From Gekko japonicus (lineage: Eukaryota): a stretch of 64,000 bases of DNA. The position numbers were made by a program, and so were the translations under genes. The notes under the pieces are model-generated. The model saw only the letters and a list, made by a program, of their open reading frames with translations, ran no database searches and was not told where the DNA came from. The DNA is taken from assembly GCF_001447785.1 (NCBI RefSeq), contig NW_015163746.1, positions 1-64,000 on the forward strand, given 5' to 3'. Positions 1 to 11,257 of this stretch are shown here, one piece after another (the first letter of the stretch is position 1; every line of letters begins with the position of its first letter).

Positions 1-339
1 GTGCCGGTAGGGTAGTCCCCACCCCGATTCAGATGTGGCCATAGATAGGGTTAATATACATGGAGTCCAACCTATGAAGCTGCTAATTTCATCCAGGGAA
101 ACTGACCTCTGTAGTCCTGGAGAGCACATAAATTCCTAAAAACACACAAACATAGAGGAGGGCTAATACGAGTTAGTGAGGGAACACCAAACAAAATGGA
201 AAAAAAAAACATTGGCATAAGACAACAACGGAGGGAGACAGACGCCCTGGGGAGAGAGTTCCAAATTTTCAGCACCACAACTGAAAAGGCCCTTTCTTGT
301 TGCTACCCAGCTAGCTTCAGTTGAAACAGAGCCTCTTAA

Positions 340-815
340 GATGACCACAATACTTGGGTAGCTTTATATAGGAGTAGGTAGTCCTTCATGCATGCTGGCT
401 CCAACCCCTATAGGGCTACAAAGGTCAATACCAATCCATTGAATTGGACCCAGAAGCAAATTAGGAGCCATTACAGACGAAACAAGACTGGAGTGATTTG
501 GTCCGTACAAACTACTCCAGTCAGTATTATGACTGAAGTGTTCTGTACCAACTGTAGCTTCCAGGCAGTCTTCAAGGGCAGCCCCATGCAGAGTGCATTG
601 CAGTCATCTTATCTAGGTATTACCAAGGAATGCACCAAAGTGGCAATATCTTTCCTACTCAGTAAGAGCCTCACCTAGCTCAGCAGCCAAAACCCTGGCC
701 ACTGCTGCCAATTGTTTATCCAACAGGCGGCCCTGGCCCAGCAGCACCCCCCAAGCTACAAACCTGTTTCTTTAGGGGGAGTGCAACCCTATCAGGATAT
801 ATCCAAGTTCCTGCA
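340..815 (-). mobile_element. L2-like LINE fragment (C-terminal part of RT ORF)
   Basis: Minus strand reads ALCMGLPLKTAWKLQLVQN, typical of squamate L2. Continues at 1640-2120 and 6505-6567. Confidence 0.75.
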
Positions 816-1635
816 TCATTTATTTTATTTTATTTATTTCTTCAACTTATATTCCGCCCTCCCCGCAAGCGAGCTCAGGTCAGATTAGTGCAACAGTTCC
901 ACAAGATCAATTAAAACAGGTATAACAAATAAATAGTTAAGACAGTTAAAAACAAGAAACTGTAAGTTGAGAGAAGATGGCACTGTAAATCAGACTATAA
1001 AGTCTTCTCAGATGGGCCATGTTGGATGGAGAGCTTCAGCAAGGGAGGCCGAATAGATGGAATAAATGGACGCCCACTGCCTCACCCAAACGCCTGGTGG
1101 AACAGCTCCATTTTACAGGCCCTGTGGAATTGTAATAGGTCCTGCAGGGCCCTGATCTCAGATGGGAGAATGTTCCACCAAGCTGGGGCCAGGGCAGAAA
1201 ATGCCCTGCCCCTGGTCGAGGCTAAGTGGACATCCTTTGGGCTGGGGACAACCAGCTGTCAGGATCCACAGCAAGGCAATGAAGTACATGCTTCTAGGAA
1301 GGTTTTACTTTTATTGAAAAGCCATAGATGTAGGTTACCTATGCGCATAATAGGATATAGGGCATTCGTATGTGCCCCCCCAAGTGTTACCCAATTAGAT
1401 GGGCTCCCGCGCACGGGCATTTGGCAGAGTCACTAACTGCCGCGAAGCTGGGAAAGAAAAAAACTTCCCATGAAACCTAGACACACCAACTCCTCCAGCG
1501 ACCTTGAAAGATACGCGTTACAGCTCAGATGCAATTAAACGCATGGGAAGGAATGCAAAGCAATTAGAAACATACACCACACTCATGGCAGCCATAGCTG
1601 ACACCAGCAAATGCTGGTCTGCTGAGTGCAAAGCT
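816..1635 (-). mobile_element. Younger L2-like 3' end inserted in the older L2, itself split by a solo LTR
   Basis: (TTTA)n tail at about 818-840 and the typical AFSALAPAWWN 3' region on the minus strand. Confidence 0.6.
1257..1603 (-). mobile_element. Solo LTR
   Basis: Termini TGTCAG...CTGACA with 5-bp TSD CCAGC (1252-1256, 1604-1608). AATAAA on the minus strand near 1310. Confidence 0.8.
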
Positions 1636-1639
1636 CTCC

Positions 1640-2120
1640 AGGGCACATATCATACCTTTTCTCCCCACCAGTAACTATTTTGTTGGGGTTATTTTTCAGT
1701 TTGTTAAACTTCATCCATCCCCAAACTGCTTCCAGGAACCTGTTCACCATTTGTACAGCCTTCATGGGATCTGCTGAAAGTTCAAAATAGAAATGAGTGA
1801 TCTATATATTGGTGGCATTGGCAACTCATCCCAAATCTCCATATGACCTTTTACAGTAGCTTCACATAGATGTCAAAAAGTATGGGAAACAAGATGGAAC
1901 GTTTCAGGACCCCATAGATCAGAAGTCAAGGGGCTGAGCAGCTGTTCCCCAACAACACACTCTGAAACCTACCGCAGAACAGTCTGAACCCAAAAAGATG
2001 GTCCAGAAGGATACCATGAGTGACGGTATCAAAAGCCAGCAAGAGGTCAAGGAAAATTAACAGGGTCACACTCTTCCTGTCCATCTCTAGGAATAAGTCA
2101 TTCACCAGCATGCCTAAGGC
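1640..2120 (-). mobile_element. L2 reverse transcriptase fragment
   Basis: LVNDLFLEMDRKSVTLLIFLDLLLAFDTVTHGILL and WMKFNKLKNNPNK. Joins LDSFQAVFRSYYGTEIALG at 6505-6567 across the hAT-type insertion. Confidence 0.85.
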
Positions 2121-2780
2121 CAGGGGTATTTTTGGGCCGGAACGCCCCAGAATGGCGTTCCAGCTGGCTTCTGAGCCCGCCCCGCCCCTGCCTTGCCAAA
2201 AGCCCTGTTCCGCAGTCATGTTCCCCACGTAGAGGAAGTGGCGAGCCTTGGCGCAGTCTGGGCCACCACATCATCCCCGCTCCCATTGTGGCTGCTGCTG
2301 CCATGGCAGCCGGCGTCTTCTTCCTCCTCCTCCTCTCCTTCTCCACCAGCAGCAGCTGCAACCTGGGCAGACTGGGCGGACTGGGCACAGGCTCATCCTC
2401 AGCAGCAGGAGGCGGCAGTGGTGGCTCTCGTTTCCCCAGGCTGGTGTCTCCAAACCCTTCTCCAGCCACGGCTGCTGCCCTCACCTCAGGCAGCAGCTGC
2501 CTCTTGCCACTGGGCAGCCCAGCCACCCGGCTGTAGTAAGAACAGAGGCTGCTGCTGCCAGGACTGGCCGGGGGGCAGCTCCTGCTCTCTCTTCCCCCCT
2601 CCCTCCCTCTTCCGGCGTGGCTGCTGCACCCGCTCGAGGGCTTCTTCATCTGAGCTGTGGGTGAGTCCGGGAGAGGGGCACCGAGAATGGATTAGCAATT
2701 CCATTAGTAGATCTATGTGACAGTTTTTTGCTTCTTGTTCTTCGATGGCACGGCAATCCTGGTACATCGTACCCTTTTAC

Positions 2781-3349
2781 GGAGTGATGGCGCAGGCAGT
2801 AACAGCACCTGCAAGTAACATCAACGAACAGCCATTACCTAGTCCCAGCTCCCGCCCACCCAGCGGTTCAAAAGCGTTAAAATGGCAAGTAGATAAACTG
2901 GGTACCTGCCCCTAGGTGGCGGGGGGCACTCTCCTCCTTGTGAGGTAGAGGCATCGGCGGCGGCAATGGCAATGGAGCAGTTCCTGGCAACCCAGTGGAG
3001 ACCCAGTGGAACGACGTCGATGTCGGAGGTGGAGCCCGGAGAGGCGGAGGCTGGAGAGCGTGGTGACTTGCGGTGCGGCAGAGCCATCAAGGACAATAGC
3101 CGGATCCGCAGCCGACACGGAGCTACGCACCAGAACGAGGCCTGCTGGAGGAAGCTACCCGGAAAAGGCCGGCTCCAGAAAAAAATGGGCACCAGAAGGA
3201 CGCCGATACCCGAAGCCGCTAGAGGAAGCCAGAAAAACAACAAGCCCTGGGTGCTGGTAGGCAGACACCACCCATCAACAATGTGGCCCTAGTTAGGGAA
3301 TTTGGAATATGTATGTAAACCGCTCAGAGACCTGCCAAAAAGGTTAGAG
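2781..3349 (+). mobile_element. SINE-like element copy A (Sauria-related head, GC-rich body, L2-like tail)
   Basis: Head cccagctcccgcccacccagcggttcaaaagc...agtagataaactgggtacc aligns by eye to the Sauria SINE. The body recurs at 3690-4378 and 18631-19136. Confidence 0.55.
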
Positions 3350-3685
3350 TTAAGGAAATCATAGATCACCTCAGCAAGGAAGTTGAACTTAAGCAACTTG
3401 GCAACACTGCACACTACCTAGGCATTCAGACACCAAGAGAACCAGATGGCAGTTTTCTCATCAGTCAAGAACAGAAGATTAAAGACCTAGAAAAAAGCCT
3501 GAAACTGGAAGATGCTCCACCCAAATACATTCCAATGAAGCCAAACTACATCAAACAGAAAGAGGATTCTGCAGAGCTACCTGAAGGCAACAGATATTGT
3601 GAAGTGTTAGGTAAGCTCTTGTACATATCCAATTTAACCAGACCAGACATTAGCTTAGCTGTGCCACTGTTATGTAGAAAGAAAG
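3350..3685 (+). mobile_element. Ty1/Copia RT fragment
   Basis: LKQLGNTAHYLGIQ and EVLGKLLYISNLTRPDISLAV. Homologous to about 52570-52890. Confidence 0.8.
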
Positions 3686-3689
3686 GTTA

Positions 3690-4378
3690 TGTACCTCCTT
3701 GTGAGGCATCAACGACGGCAGCGGTGGCGGCAATGGCGGTGGAGCAGTTCCTGGCGACCCAGTGGAGACTCAGTGGAGCTACATCGACGTCGGAGGTGGA
3801 GCCCGGAAAAGGTGGAGGCTGGAGAGCGTGGTGACGTGGGGCACAGCGGGGCGGAGCCACCAAGGACATTAGCTGGAGCCGCAGCCGACACGGAGCTACG
3901 CGCCAGAACGAGGCCTGCTGGAGGAAGCTACCCGGAAAAGACCGGCTCCAGAAAAAAAGGGCACCAGAAGGACGCCGATACCCGAGGCCAGTGCCGGATT
4001 TATGCATAAGCAAAATAAGCTACAGCTTAGGGCCTCGCAATCTGCTGGGGCCTCAAATAAAAACACAATATAAAAATGATTTCAAATATTAAAAAGGTGT
4101 ATATATTTTAAATTTTTCTGAGACCAGCTGATGTTATTTAAAACAGTAGGGAGCCTCTGGGTTTTGTATAGCTTAGGGCCTCGGCAAGTCTAAATCCGGC
4201 CCTGCCCGAGGCCGCTAGAGGAAGCCAGAAAAACAACAAGCCCTGGGTGCTGGTAGGCAGACACCACCCATCAACAATGTGGCCCTAGTTGGGGAATTTG
4301 GAATATGTATGTAAACCGCTCAGAGACCTGCCAGAAAGGTTAGAGAGGTATATAAATTGAATGTATAAATAGATAAAT
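3690..4378 (+). mobile_element. SINE-like element copy B (5'-truncated, carries a MITE)
   Basis: Closely similar to 2930-3349. Ends tgtaaaccgctcagagacc...aggtatataaat with an AT-rich tail. Confidence 0.55.
3989..4204. mobile_element. hAT-type MITE
   Basis: 14-bp TIR CAGTGCCGGATTTA/TAAATCCGGCCCTG and 8-bp TSD CCCGAGGC. The empty site is visible in the paralogous copy near 3210. Confidence 0.9.
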
Positions 4379-5543
4379 ATTTTTTCTTGTGGATATGTGT
4401 AAACTGAAGTGCCAGTGTTCCCACGCAAAAGTATAGTCAGAGCTTGTGAGCAGGGATGCATGGCCACTCACGAGCCGCATGCAGGTCTTGGACCCCCCCC
4501 GCTCCCCCCCCCCCCCATTTTCAGAAAGTTTTTTCAGACTGGGATCAGTCGGCTGCCCCTCCACTTCTTCGAATGGCCAGGGCCGCTGACGATCAGTCGC
4601 TTCCTTTCTTCCCTCTTCTGTCCCTCCCCTCTTGCCTCCTGCCAGCACGTGTGTTGTCTTTCATTTTCGCTGTCTTCCTCCTCGCTGTTACTGCCTCGCC
4701 ACCTCACTCTTTTTTTTAAAAATGCCTCCTTTACCTCACGTAGCCGGCTTGGTGACAGGCAGCACGCATTGTGCGCTCACGCACCTGCCCCTCACTGCCT
4801 ATCTTGCTGCGGTTGCTAACAGCCACTTCGGCATGTGCACCAGGCATTGCGTGTCACCCTTTCCCAGCTGGGCCCTCCAGCGTGCCTGCACCAGGCTCAG
4901 CTTCCCTCCCCATCTCCTCCCACCCAGCAGCCAAGACCGAACAGCTGCCTCCACCACCACCATTTTTGCCTGACAGAGTAAAAGGAGGAGGAGGAGGTGT
5001 GCAGCTTCCCTCCCTGTCTCCTCCCACCCGGCGGTGGACACTGAAGAGCTGCCTCCGCCACCATCACTTTCGCTTGACGGAGTAAAAGGAGGAGGAGGAG
5101 GAGGTGCCACACAGTGCTTCGTTTGCTCCTGTTTCTCCTCCCAATTCCCCCCAACTTGTCTATTTAAAGTCAGTTCAGAGTCCAGGGCAGCCATTCCTTT
5201 CGCAGTCGCTTGCTTTCCCACTTAAGGCACCTTCTGTCTTTGTTGTGCCAGACTAGCCATGACTTCCTCTATGGCTGGGCACCCCATCTTTCTGGAAGGA
5301 GAAAACTGCAAGGTGTCCTCGAAAGAGTCATCTGCAGGCTAGAATCAGACAGATACCCACTTGGAGATCATGGGGAAGCTAGTGATGGAGCAGTGGGAGA
5401 CCCATATGCATTCCCTTGCTACTGTGGCCGCCTCCAAAGGTAAGAGGAGCTGTGTCCGTCCACAGAGAAAAATCTAGACAAAATGTGTGCAATACCTTTT
5501 TTCTTAAAAAAAACTATTTTTAAAAATTTAGAAACTTTCTGTG

Positions 5544-6151
5544 TGTCAGCAAGCTGCCATTATGTTGTATGTTGTATTCTGCATGATATACTCTTCTTGG
5601 TTCATCCCCCCCTCCTGTTGCCTCTTGTGTAGGTGTTTACTTTCTGTTACTAGCACACTGCGGAAATGCTCAAGGTTGACCAGCTGGAGGTGGGAAGGAG
5701 TTATGGCTTGCTTGCTTTGTTTTGTATTCTGATGCCTGAGAAATGAACTTGTGTTTATGTAGTATGAACCGTTGTGTTCCCAAGGAAAGGGCGCAAAGTC
5801 TTATCACACTCCCGCCAGCGGGAATTGGGATCATTGGTCCTGTCTCGGTTCAAGTTCAGTTATGGCTTGCTTGCTTTGTTTTGTATTCTGATGCCTGAGA
5901 AATGAACTTGTGTTTATGTAGTATGAACCGTTGTGTTCCCAAGGAAAGGGCGCAAAGTCTTATCACACTCCCGCCAGCGGGAATTGGGATCATTGGTCCT
6001 GTCTCGGTTCAAGTTCTTTTATTATGGTTCCCTTGGACTGCTGTAGTCATTACTAACAATGATTGTGTTCCTGATCTAACCATCTCTTTCTAATAAATTC
6101 TATTTTGTTCATCAAACGTGGATTTACTTTGAATGAATGGGGAATCGGACA
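5544..6151 (+). mobile_element. Solo LTR with internal 159-bp tandem duplication
   Basis: TGTC...GACA termini, 5-bp TSD CTGTG (5539-5543, 6152-6156), AATAAA near 6092. Duplication 5699-5857/5858-6016. Confidence 0.75.
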
Positions 6152-6567
6152 CTGTGCTGCCTCTTCAGGGAACCTGCCTGCGGATGGCATGGAAAATGAA
6201 ACACCATAAAAACAGAAAGCATCATAAAAGTTATTAAAGCCCAGCCAGAGCATTAAAAACACACACACATGAAGCACAGTGCAGCTAAAAGGTGTCTCAA
6301 ACATGAAGCACAGTGCAGCTAAAAGGTGTCTCAAACATGCTGAAAAGCAGACCATTTAAAGAATTAAGCACAGTGCAAGCTTTTCATATGCTAATGAGCT
6401 GCACTGTCAGGGGTGTGGCCTAATATCCTAATGAGTTTCTGCTGCTGGGTGTGGCCTATTATGCTAACGAGTTCCTGCTGGCTTTTCCTACAAAAGGAGC
6501 CCTGCCTAAGGCTATTTCAGTCCCATAATAACTCCTGAAAACAGCTTGGAATGAATCCAAACTATTC

Positions 6568-7538
6568 NNNNNNNNNNNNNNNNNNNNNNNNNNNNNNNNN
6601 NNNNNNNNNNNNNNNNNNNNNNNNNNNNNNNNNNNNNNNNNNNNNNNNNNNNNNNNNNNNNNNNNNNNNNNNNNNNNNNNNNNNNNNNNNNNNNNNNNNN
6701 NNNNNNNNNNNNNNNNNNNNNNNNNNNNNNNNNNNNNNNNNNNNNNNNNNNNNNNNNNNNNNNNNNNNNNNNNNNNNNNNNNNNNNNNNNNNNNNNNNNN
6801 NNNNNNNNNNNNNNNNNNNNNNNNNNNNNNNNNNNNNNNNNNNNNNNNNNNNNNNNNNNNNNNNNNNNNNNNNNNNNNNNNNNNNNNNNNNNNNNNNNNN
6901 NNNNNNNNNNNNNNNNNNNNNNNNNNNNNNNNNNNNNNNNNNNNNNNNNNNNNNNNNNNNNNNNNNNNNNNNNNNNNNNNNNNNNNNNNNNNNNNNNNNN
7001 NNNNNNNNNNNNNNNNNNNNNNNNNNNNNNNNNNNNNNNNNNNNNNNNNNNNNNNNNNNNNNNNNNNNNNNNNNNNNNNNNNNNNNNNNNNNNNNNNNNN
7101 NNNNNNNNNNNNNNNNNNNNNNNNNNNNNNNNNNNNNNNNNNNNNNNNNNNNNNNNNNNNNNNNNNNNNNNNNNNNNNNNNNNNNNNNNNNNNNNNNNNN
7201 NNNNNNNNNNNNNNNNNNNNNNNNNNNNNNNNNNNNNNNNNNNNNNNNNNNNNNNNNNNNNNNNNNNNNNNNNNNNNNNNNNNNNNNNNNNNNNNNNNNN
7301 NNNNNNNNNNNNNNNNNNNNNNNNNNNNNNNNNNNNNNNNNNNNNNNNNNNNNNNNNNNNNNNNNNNNNNNNNNNNNNNNNNNNNNNNNNNNNNNNNNNN
7401 NNNNNNNNNNNNNNNNNNNNNNNNNNNNNNNNNNNNNNNNNNNNNNNNNNNNNNNNNNNNNNNNNNNNNNNNNNNNNNNNNNNNNNNNNNNNNNNNNNNN
7501 NNNNNNNNNNNNNNNNNNNNNNNNNNNNNNNNNNNNNN
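6568..7538. other. Assembly gap
   Basis: Run of N. Confidence 1.
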
Positions 7539-7690
7539 TTCAAAACAAAGCAAGTTACTTTTCATGTCCCAATTATTTTCCATATATTCTTTAAAGTCCT
7601 TCCAGTCCTCAAAAAATCGTTGCAGAAATAGCTTTGACATTATCCGTCCTCATCAAATAATGCCATAATCCTGTCCAATTTTACTGTCAT
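7539..7690 (-). mobile_element. L1-like ORF2 C-terminal fragment
   Basis: Reads FFEDWKDFKEYMENNW, resembling the end of squamate L1 ORF2. Confidence 0.45.
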
Positions 7691-7725
7691 CCCCTGCTCC
7701 CAATTGCTGGCCACTACTAGTGGAC

Positions 7726-8028
7726 TAGCTGCGGTGGCTCAAGTGGTTAAGACGCTGAACTGCAGGCTGTGGAAGCTCCCATCTCTAGTTCCAGCTCCTG
7801 CCAACCTAGCAGTTTGAAAGCAAGAAATTGCAAGTAGATCAAAAGGTACCACTTCGGTGGGAAGGTAACAGCGTTCCGTGCACCTTGGTGTTTAGTCATG
7901 CTGGCCACATGACCACGGAAATGTCTTCGGACAGTGCTGGCTCTTTGGCTTTGAAACTGAGATGAGCACCGCAACCCTAGAGTCGGATTCGACTGGCTTT
8001 CGAGCAAGGGAACCTTCACCTTTGCTTT
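7726..8028 (+). mobile_element. Sauria SINE (internal deletion)
   Basis: Diagnostic ctgccaacctagcagtt...ggccacatgacc...accttcaccttt. TSD TACTAGTGGAC (7715-7725, 8029-8039). Confidence 0.9.
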
Positions 8029-8562
8029 TACTAGTGGACATCGACAGAGAGGGAAAAAAAGGAACATGCTATACTGTTAGGCAAGTTACATGGCTATGTG
8101 GAGTGAGCAGAAAGGAAGAAACAGAAGTGCCACCATTGTTAGCAGTGGTTTCTGTGAGTGTTCCTACAGTCTACAATACTGGCTCCCTTATGTAGGCTCC
8201 CTCATGTAGGGTCCTCTGCAGTAATTCCCAGGAGCATTTTGAGGGCAGTACCTGGGAAGGGGAAGGGTCATGGATGTTGTGACATGACTTCCAGCTGAGC
8301 ACTCAAAAGTGGTGTCACAGAACCTTCAACACTCTAAGAAGTCCCCCAATCTCCATAGTTAATGCCATAGAGATTGCAGAAATTTCTAGAGTGCTGTTAA
8401 CACTGAGACATCCATTCCAGGTGCTTAACTGGGAGGGGCACTGCAATGTTCAGAATGATGTTGCCTCCAGTTCTGTCCTTCCACTGCTCCATCAAGTGAG
8501 GGTGGGAGCCCGAGCACAGGGGCAGGAGGTTGCCCACTGGGGCAGGCAACCCATGCGTCACT

Positions 8563-8806
8563 TAGGGATACCAGCCTCCAGGTGAGATCTGGGGAGCTCC
8601 TGGAATTACAGCTCATCTCCAGACTACAGAGATCAATTCCCCTGGAGAAAATGGATGCTTTGGAGGTTAGATTCTATGGCCTTGTACCCCACTGAGGTCT
8701 CTGCCCTCCCCAGGCTCTATCCCCAAATCTCCATCAGTTTTCCAACCTAGATCTGGCAACCCTACCCCACCCCCTGCCAGGGGTCAAGGGGGACCTGGCA
8801 ACCCTA
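8563..8806. mobile_element. TAGGGTTGCCA-type MITE
   Basis: Ends TAGGGATACCAG...CTGGCAACCCTA. TSD not clean. Confidence 0.6.
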
Positions 8807-9411
8807 GTCGTCATGTGTGGTTTGGTGGGCAGGGTGAAAATAAATTTCAGCTATCAGGATTTAAAACAACCATACAGATGCCATATCATTACATTTAATG
8901 TTTTGTTCTGAATACTGATTAGTGAAAGACTGCATTTCCAGTTTAGCCGCAATTAGCCGCACTTTTTATCCATCTACTTGTTATCCTCTATGTCCATTAA
9001 AGAAATGAAGGTCATGTTAACAAAATCATGAGGGAATCAATATTGTTCAACGTGTTGTGCTGTAAAAATGAAATCCAAATCCAGACCAATGTGTAATGCA
9101 ACAGTACCACTTTTGAAACATATAGATGCAGTAAATACAATATTCAGTGCACAAAATACAATAGGTACAGGAAAGTGCCTATGGGCCAAAATGGCAATGG
9201 TATAAATTTACCCTTGAACAAAAACTGAAGTGTACAGTAACCATTCAAAACACATCTCATTCCATTCTGTCTTCATGTCAGAGAATCACCTTCAAGAGTC
9301 CCCATTTTGGGTCAATTCAAGCCCAACCTTATGACATCTGAAGTACGTTATTGACCTAGATGTTCTATAAACCAGGTATATCGAAAATTCCCCCCCTGAC
9401 TTTAACTTCCA

Positions 9412-9502
9412 TTATTTCAAGTGATAAGAAAGAAAATCTTTTCTTTCCCAAAGATATCTCCTCCATCTGCAGTGGGTGGCTGCAAACATGTGATAAGGAT
9501 AT
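9412..9502 (-). pseudogene. Possible terminal exon remnant (short C-terminal tail)
   Basis: Acceptor ttgtattgcag|. The phase-1 frame is open for about 30 codons (ILITCLQPPTADGGDIFGKEKDFLSYHLK*). No diagnostic motif. Confidence 0.25.
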
Positions 9503-10687
9503 CTGCAATACAAATGTAATTCAGCAGTCTTGAGTTAGCACCTTACATTGAACAGTGTAGGAGAATTTCTCATCACTGACACAAGGGGGGGGTGAGGGGG
9601 AAAACTTGTTTTCCAAAAGGCTCCATTGTCATTTTAGCTAGATTTTTGTGAGATGAAGTGGTACTTTGCAAAATGAAAACACTGCTATTTTATTCAGGTA
9701 CTTTGGGGGGGGGGAATTGCTTTATATTACTCTAATTATATGCTAAATTTTCTTTTTTGTTCACTGTTCTGATTGTGTTAAGAAAAAATGTTAAGAAAAT
9801 CTTCACCCAGCAGTCCCCAGCAGAATGCTGGAAACATTTAAAATATAGATCTTCCCTCCCTTTTGTTTAGGCAAGGCCACTGAACCCTAATGTATTTGGT
9901 AGTGTAAATATTCCTGCCTTTCTTGGAAGCCAACAAATTCCTTGAAATCAACAAAACATGGAAGAAGTCAGGGAACTGTAGTCCTGTATTTGTAAGTGCA
10001 ATTCTAATCAAAAATCTTACTGTTGCTTAGAGAAGTCCTGAAATGATGGCAGAGAGGGAATGAAGCCCACAGGCTCAGCTGCAAGTGATGGCTGGGCGAT
10101 CAGAGTATGTGAAGCATAACCGCTGTTAATCAGGTACTGGCCTGCATTAAGCATAGCTACAGTGACCTCAGTATTAATGATGTTGACAGCTCCCTAGGGG
10201 CAGCCTCCTCAAAACAGTTCCTTGAGATGCAAAACTTGTTGTGCTTAGCACTGATTTGGGTTAGTAGAAATTATGCTTTAATCTAATGGAACCCCTTTTC
10301 TTGTTCCTAATCTTCCTCTTTTGTTCTGTCTCCCTCTTCTTTCGTATATCATCTGTTACATTTGCGCCTCCCAGGTTCAGCCGCGGAGGCTTCTGGGAGA
10401 GTCTGCCAATCTTCCGCGCTTCGGATCTGCCTTGTCCGTCTCTCTCGCAGGGAGGTCTGACGACCAGACCCTGTTTATCCGCCGCGGGATTGGGGTCCCC
10501 GTTTCCCCCTAAAGGTCTGATGTTTGGCCTTCATTAGTGCCTGGGATGCAGCTGGGAAATGTGCAAGGCAGCCCACATTCTGTCTCTCTCTCTCTCCTTT
10601 TGCAAATTAATAAATTGGATTTATCTGCAGAGGCGGGCCTAGCCCACCAGCAGCTGTTACATTTGCTGGGAAAATTTTAAAACATAC

Positions 10688-10808
10688 TGATATCTATTAT
10701 TTAGATGATGAGCACTATAACTGAAATAACATAGAGCAGAAGAGGAAATTGTGTTGATCCATTGAGCACAGTGGACCCTTTATTTCACTTTGTGGTACTC
10801 ATTTATAT
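10688..10808 (-). pseudogene. iGluR-like exon remnant 7 (pre-M4 and M4)
   Basis: Acceptor tatcag|, donor |gtatgt. Reads YK*VPQSEIKGPLCSMDQHNF, then after a frameshift LLLYVISVIVLII*II (cf. WY..C..L.xxNxxGxF..LVALIEF). The stops fall where Cys and Glu are expected. Confidence 0.6.
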
Positions 10809-11257
10809 CTGATAGATATTATAAAGATGCCCCATATCATGAAGAAGGCAGGCACGAACTATTACAAGGAAGTAATGGAATAAGAAGCATTGTTACATTA
10901 ATCATAGAGGAAAACTACAGAGAGCAATATGCGTACAATGCAGTGTTGTCAAGCATTTCTGCTGACTATCTAATCATGCTTATATAATGATTTTCTTCCT
11001 CTTATATGTTCACATTAGTGAGGCTGCTGATGTTAAATGAATATTATGTTTTGAAGGACTATATGTTTATTAAAAACAAAATACTAATGAGCAATTAGTG
11101 CTTAGTATAAGCACTGTTTCACAAGATCCTTTGGGTTTCCTTTGACATCATCTGTCCAAATTAATACATTTGGAATTCCAAATCCAGGAAATCATATGAA
11201 GAAATAGACCCAACTCTGAGGTTATTCAAGCTGTTATTAAAATAGCCAAGAGGAAAT

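Larger units (their letters stand above)
2121..6504. mobile_element. Non-autonomous hAT-type DNA transposon (4.4 kb) with nested insertions
   Basis: Perfect 8-bp TSD CCTAAGGC (2113-2120, 6505-6512). Imperfect 14-bp TIR CAGGGGTATTTTTG/CAAAAGGAGCCCTG. Splits an L2 RT. Ends resemble those of 56805-57228. Confidence 0.85.

Noticed and set aside
2098-3292. Cluster of overlapping 100-180 aa ORFs
   Set aside because: GC-rich low-complexity sequence is open in many frames, has no recognisable domain, and lies inside a TSD-bounded transposon.
6459-7640. Long ORFs of 343-393 aa (similar ones at 19073-19643 and 62920-63873)
   Set aside because: They are open only because they cross N gaps.
10790-10987. 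Plus-strand ORF (LWYSF...) as a receptor segment
   Set aside because: Opposite strand to the exon chain and without splice support. The minus-strand reading of 10688-10808 fits M4 better.
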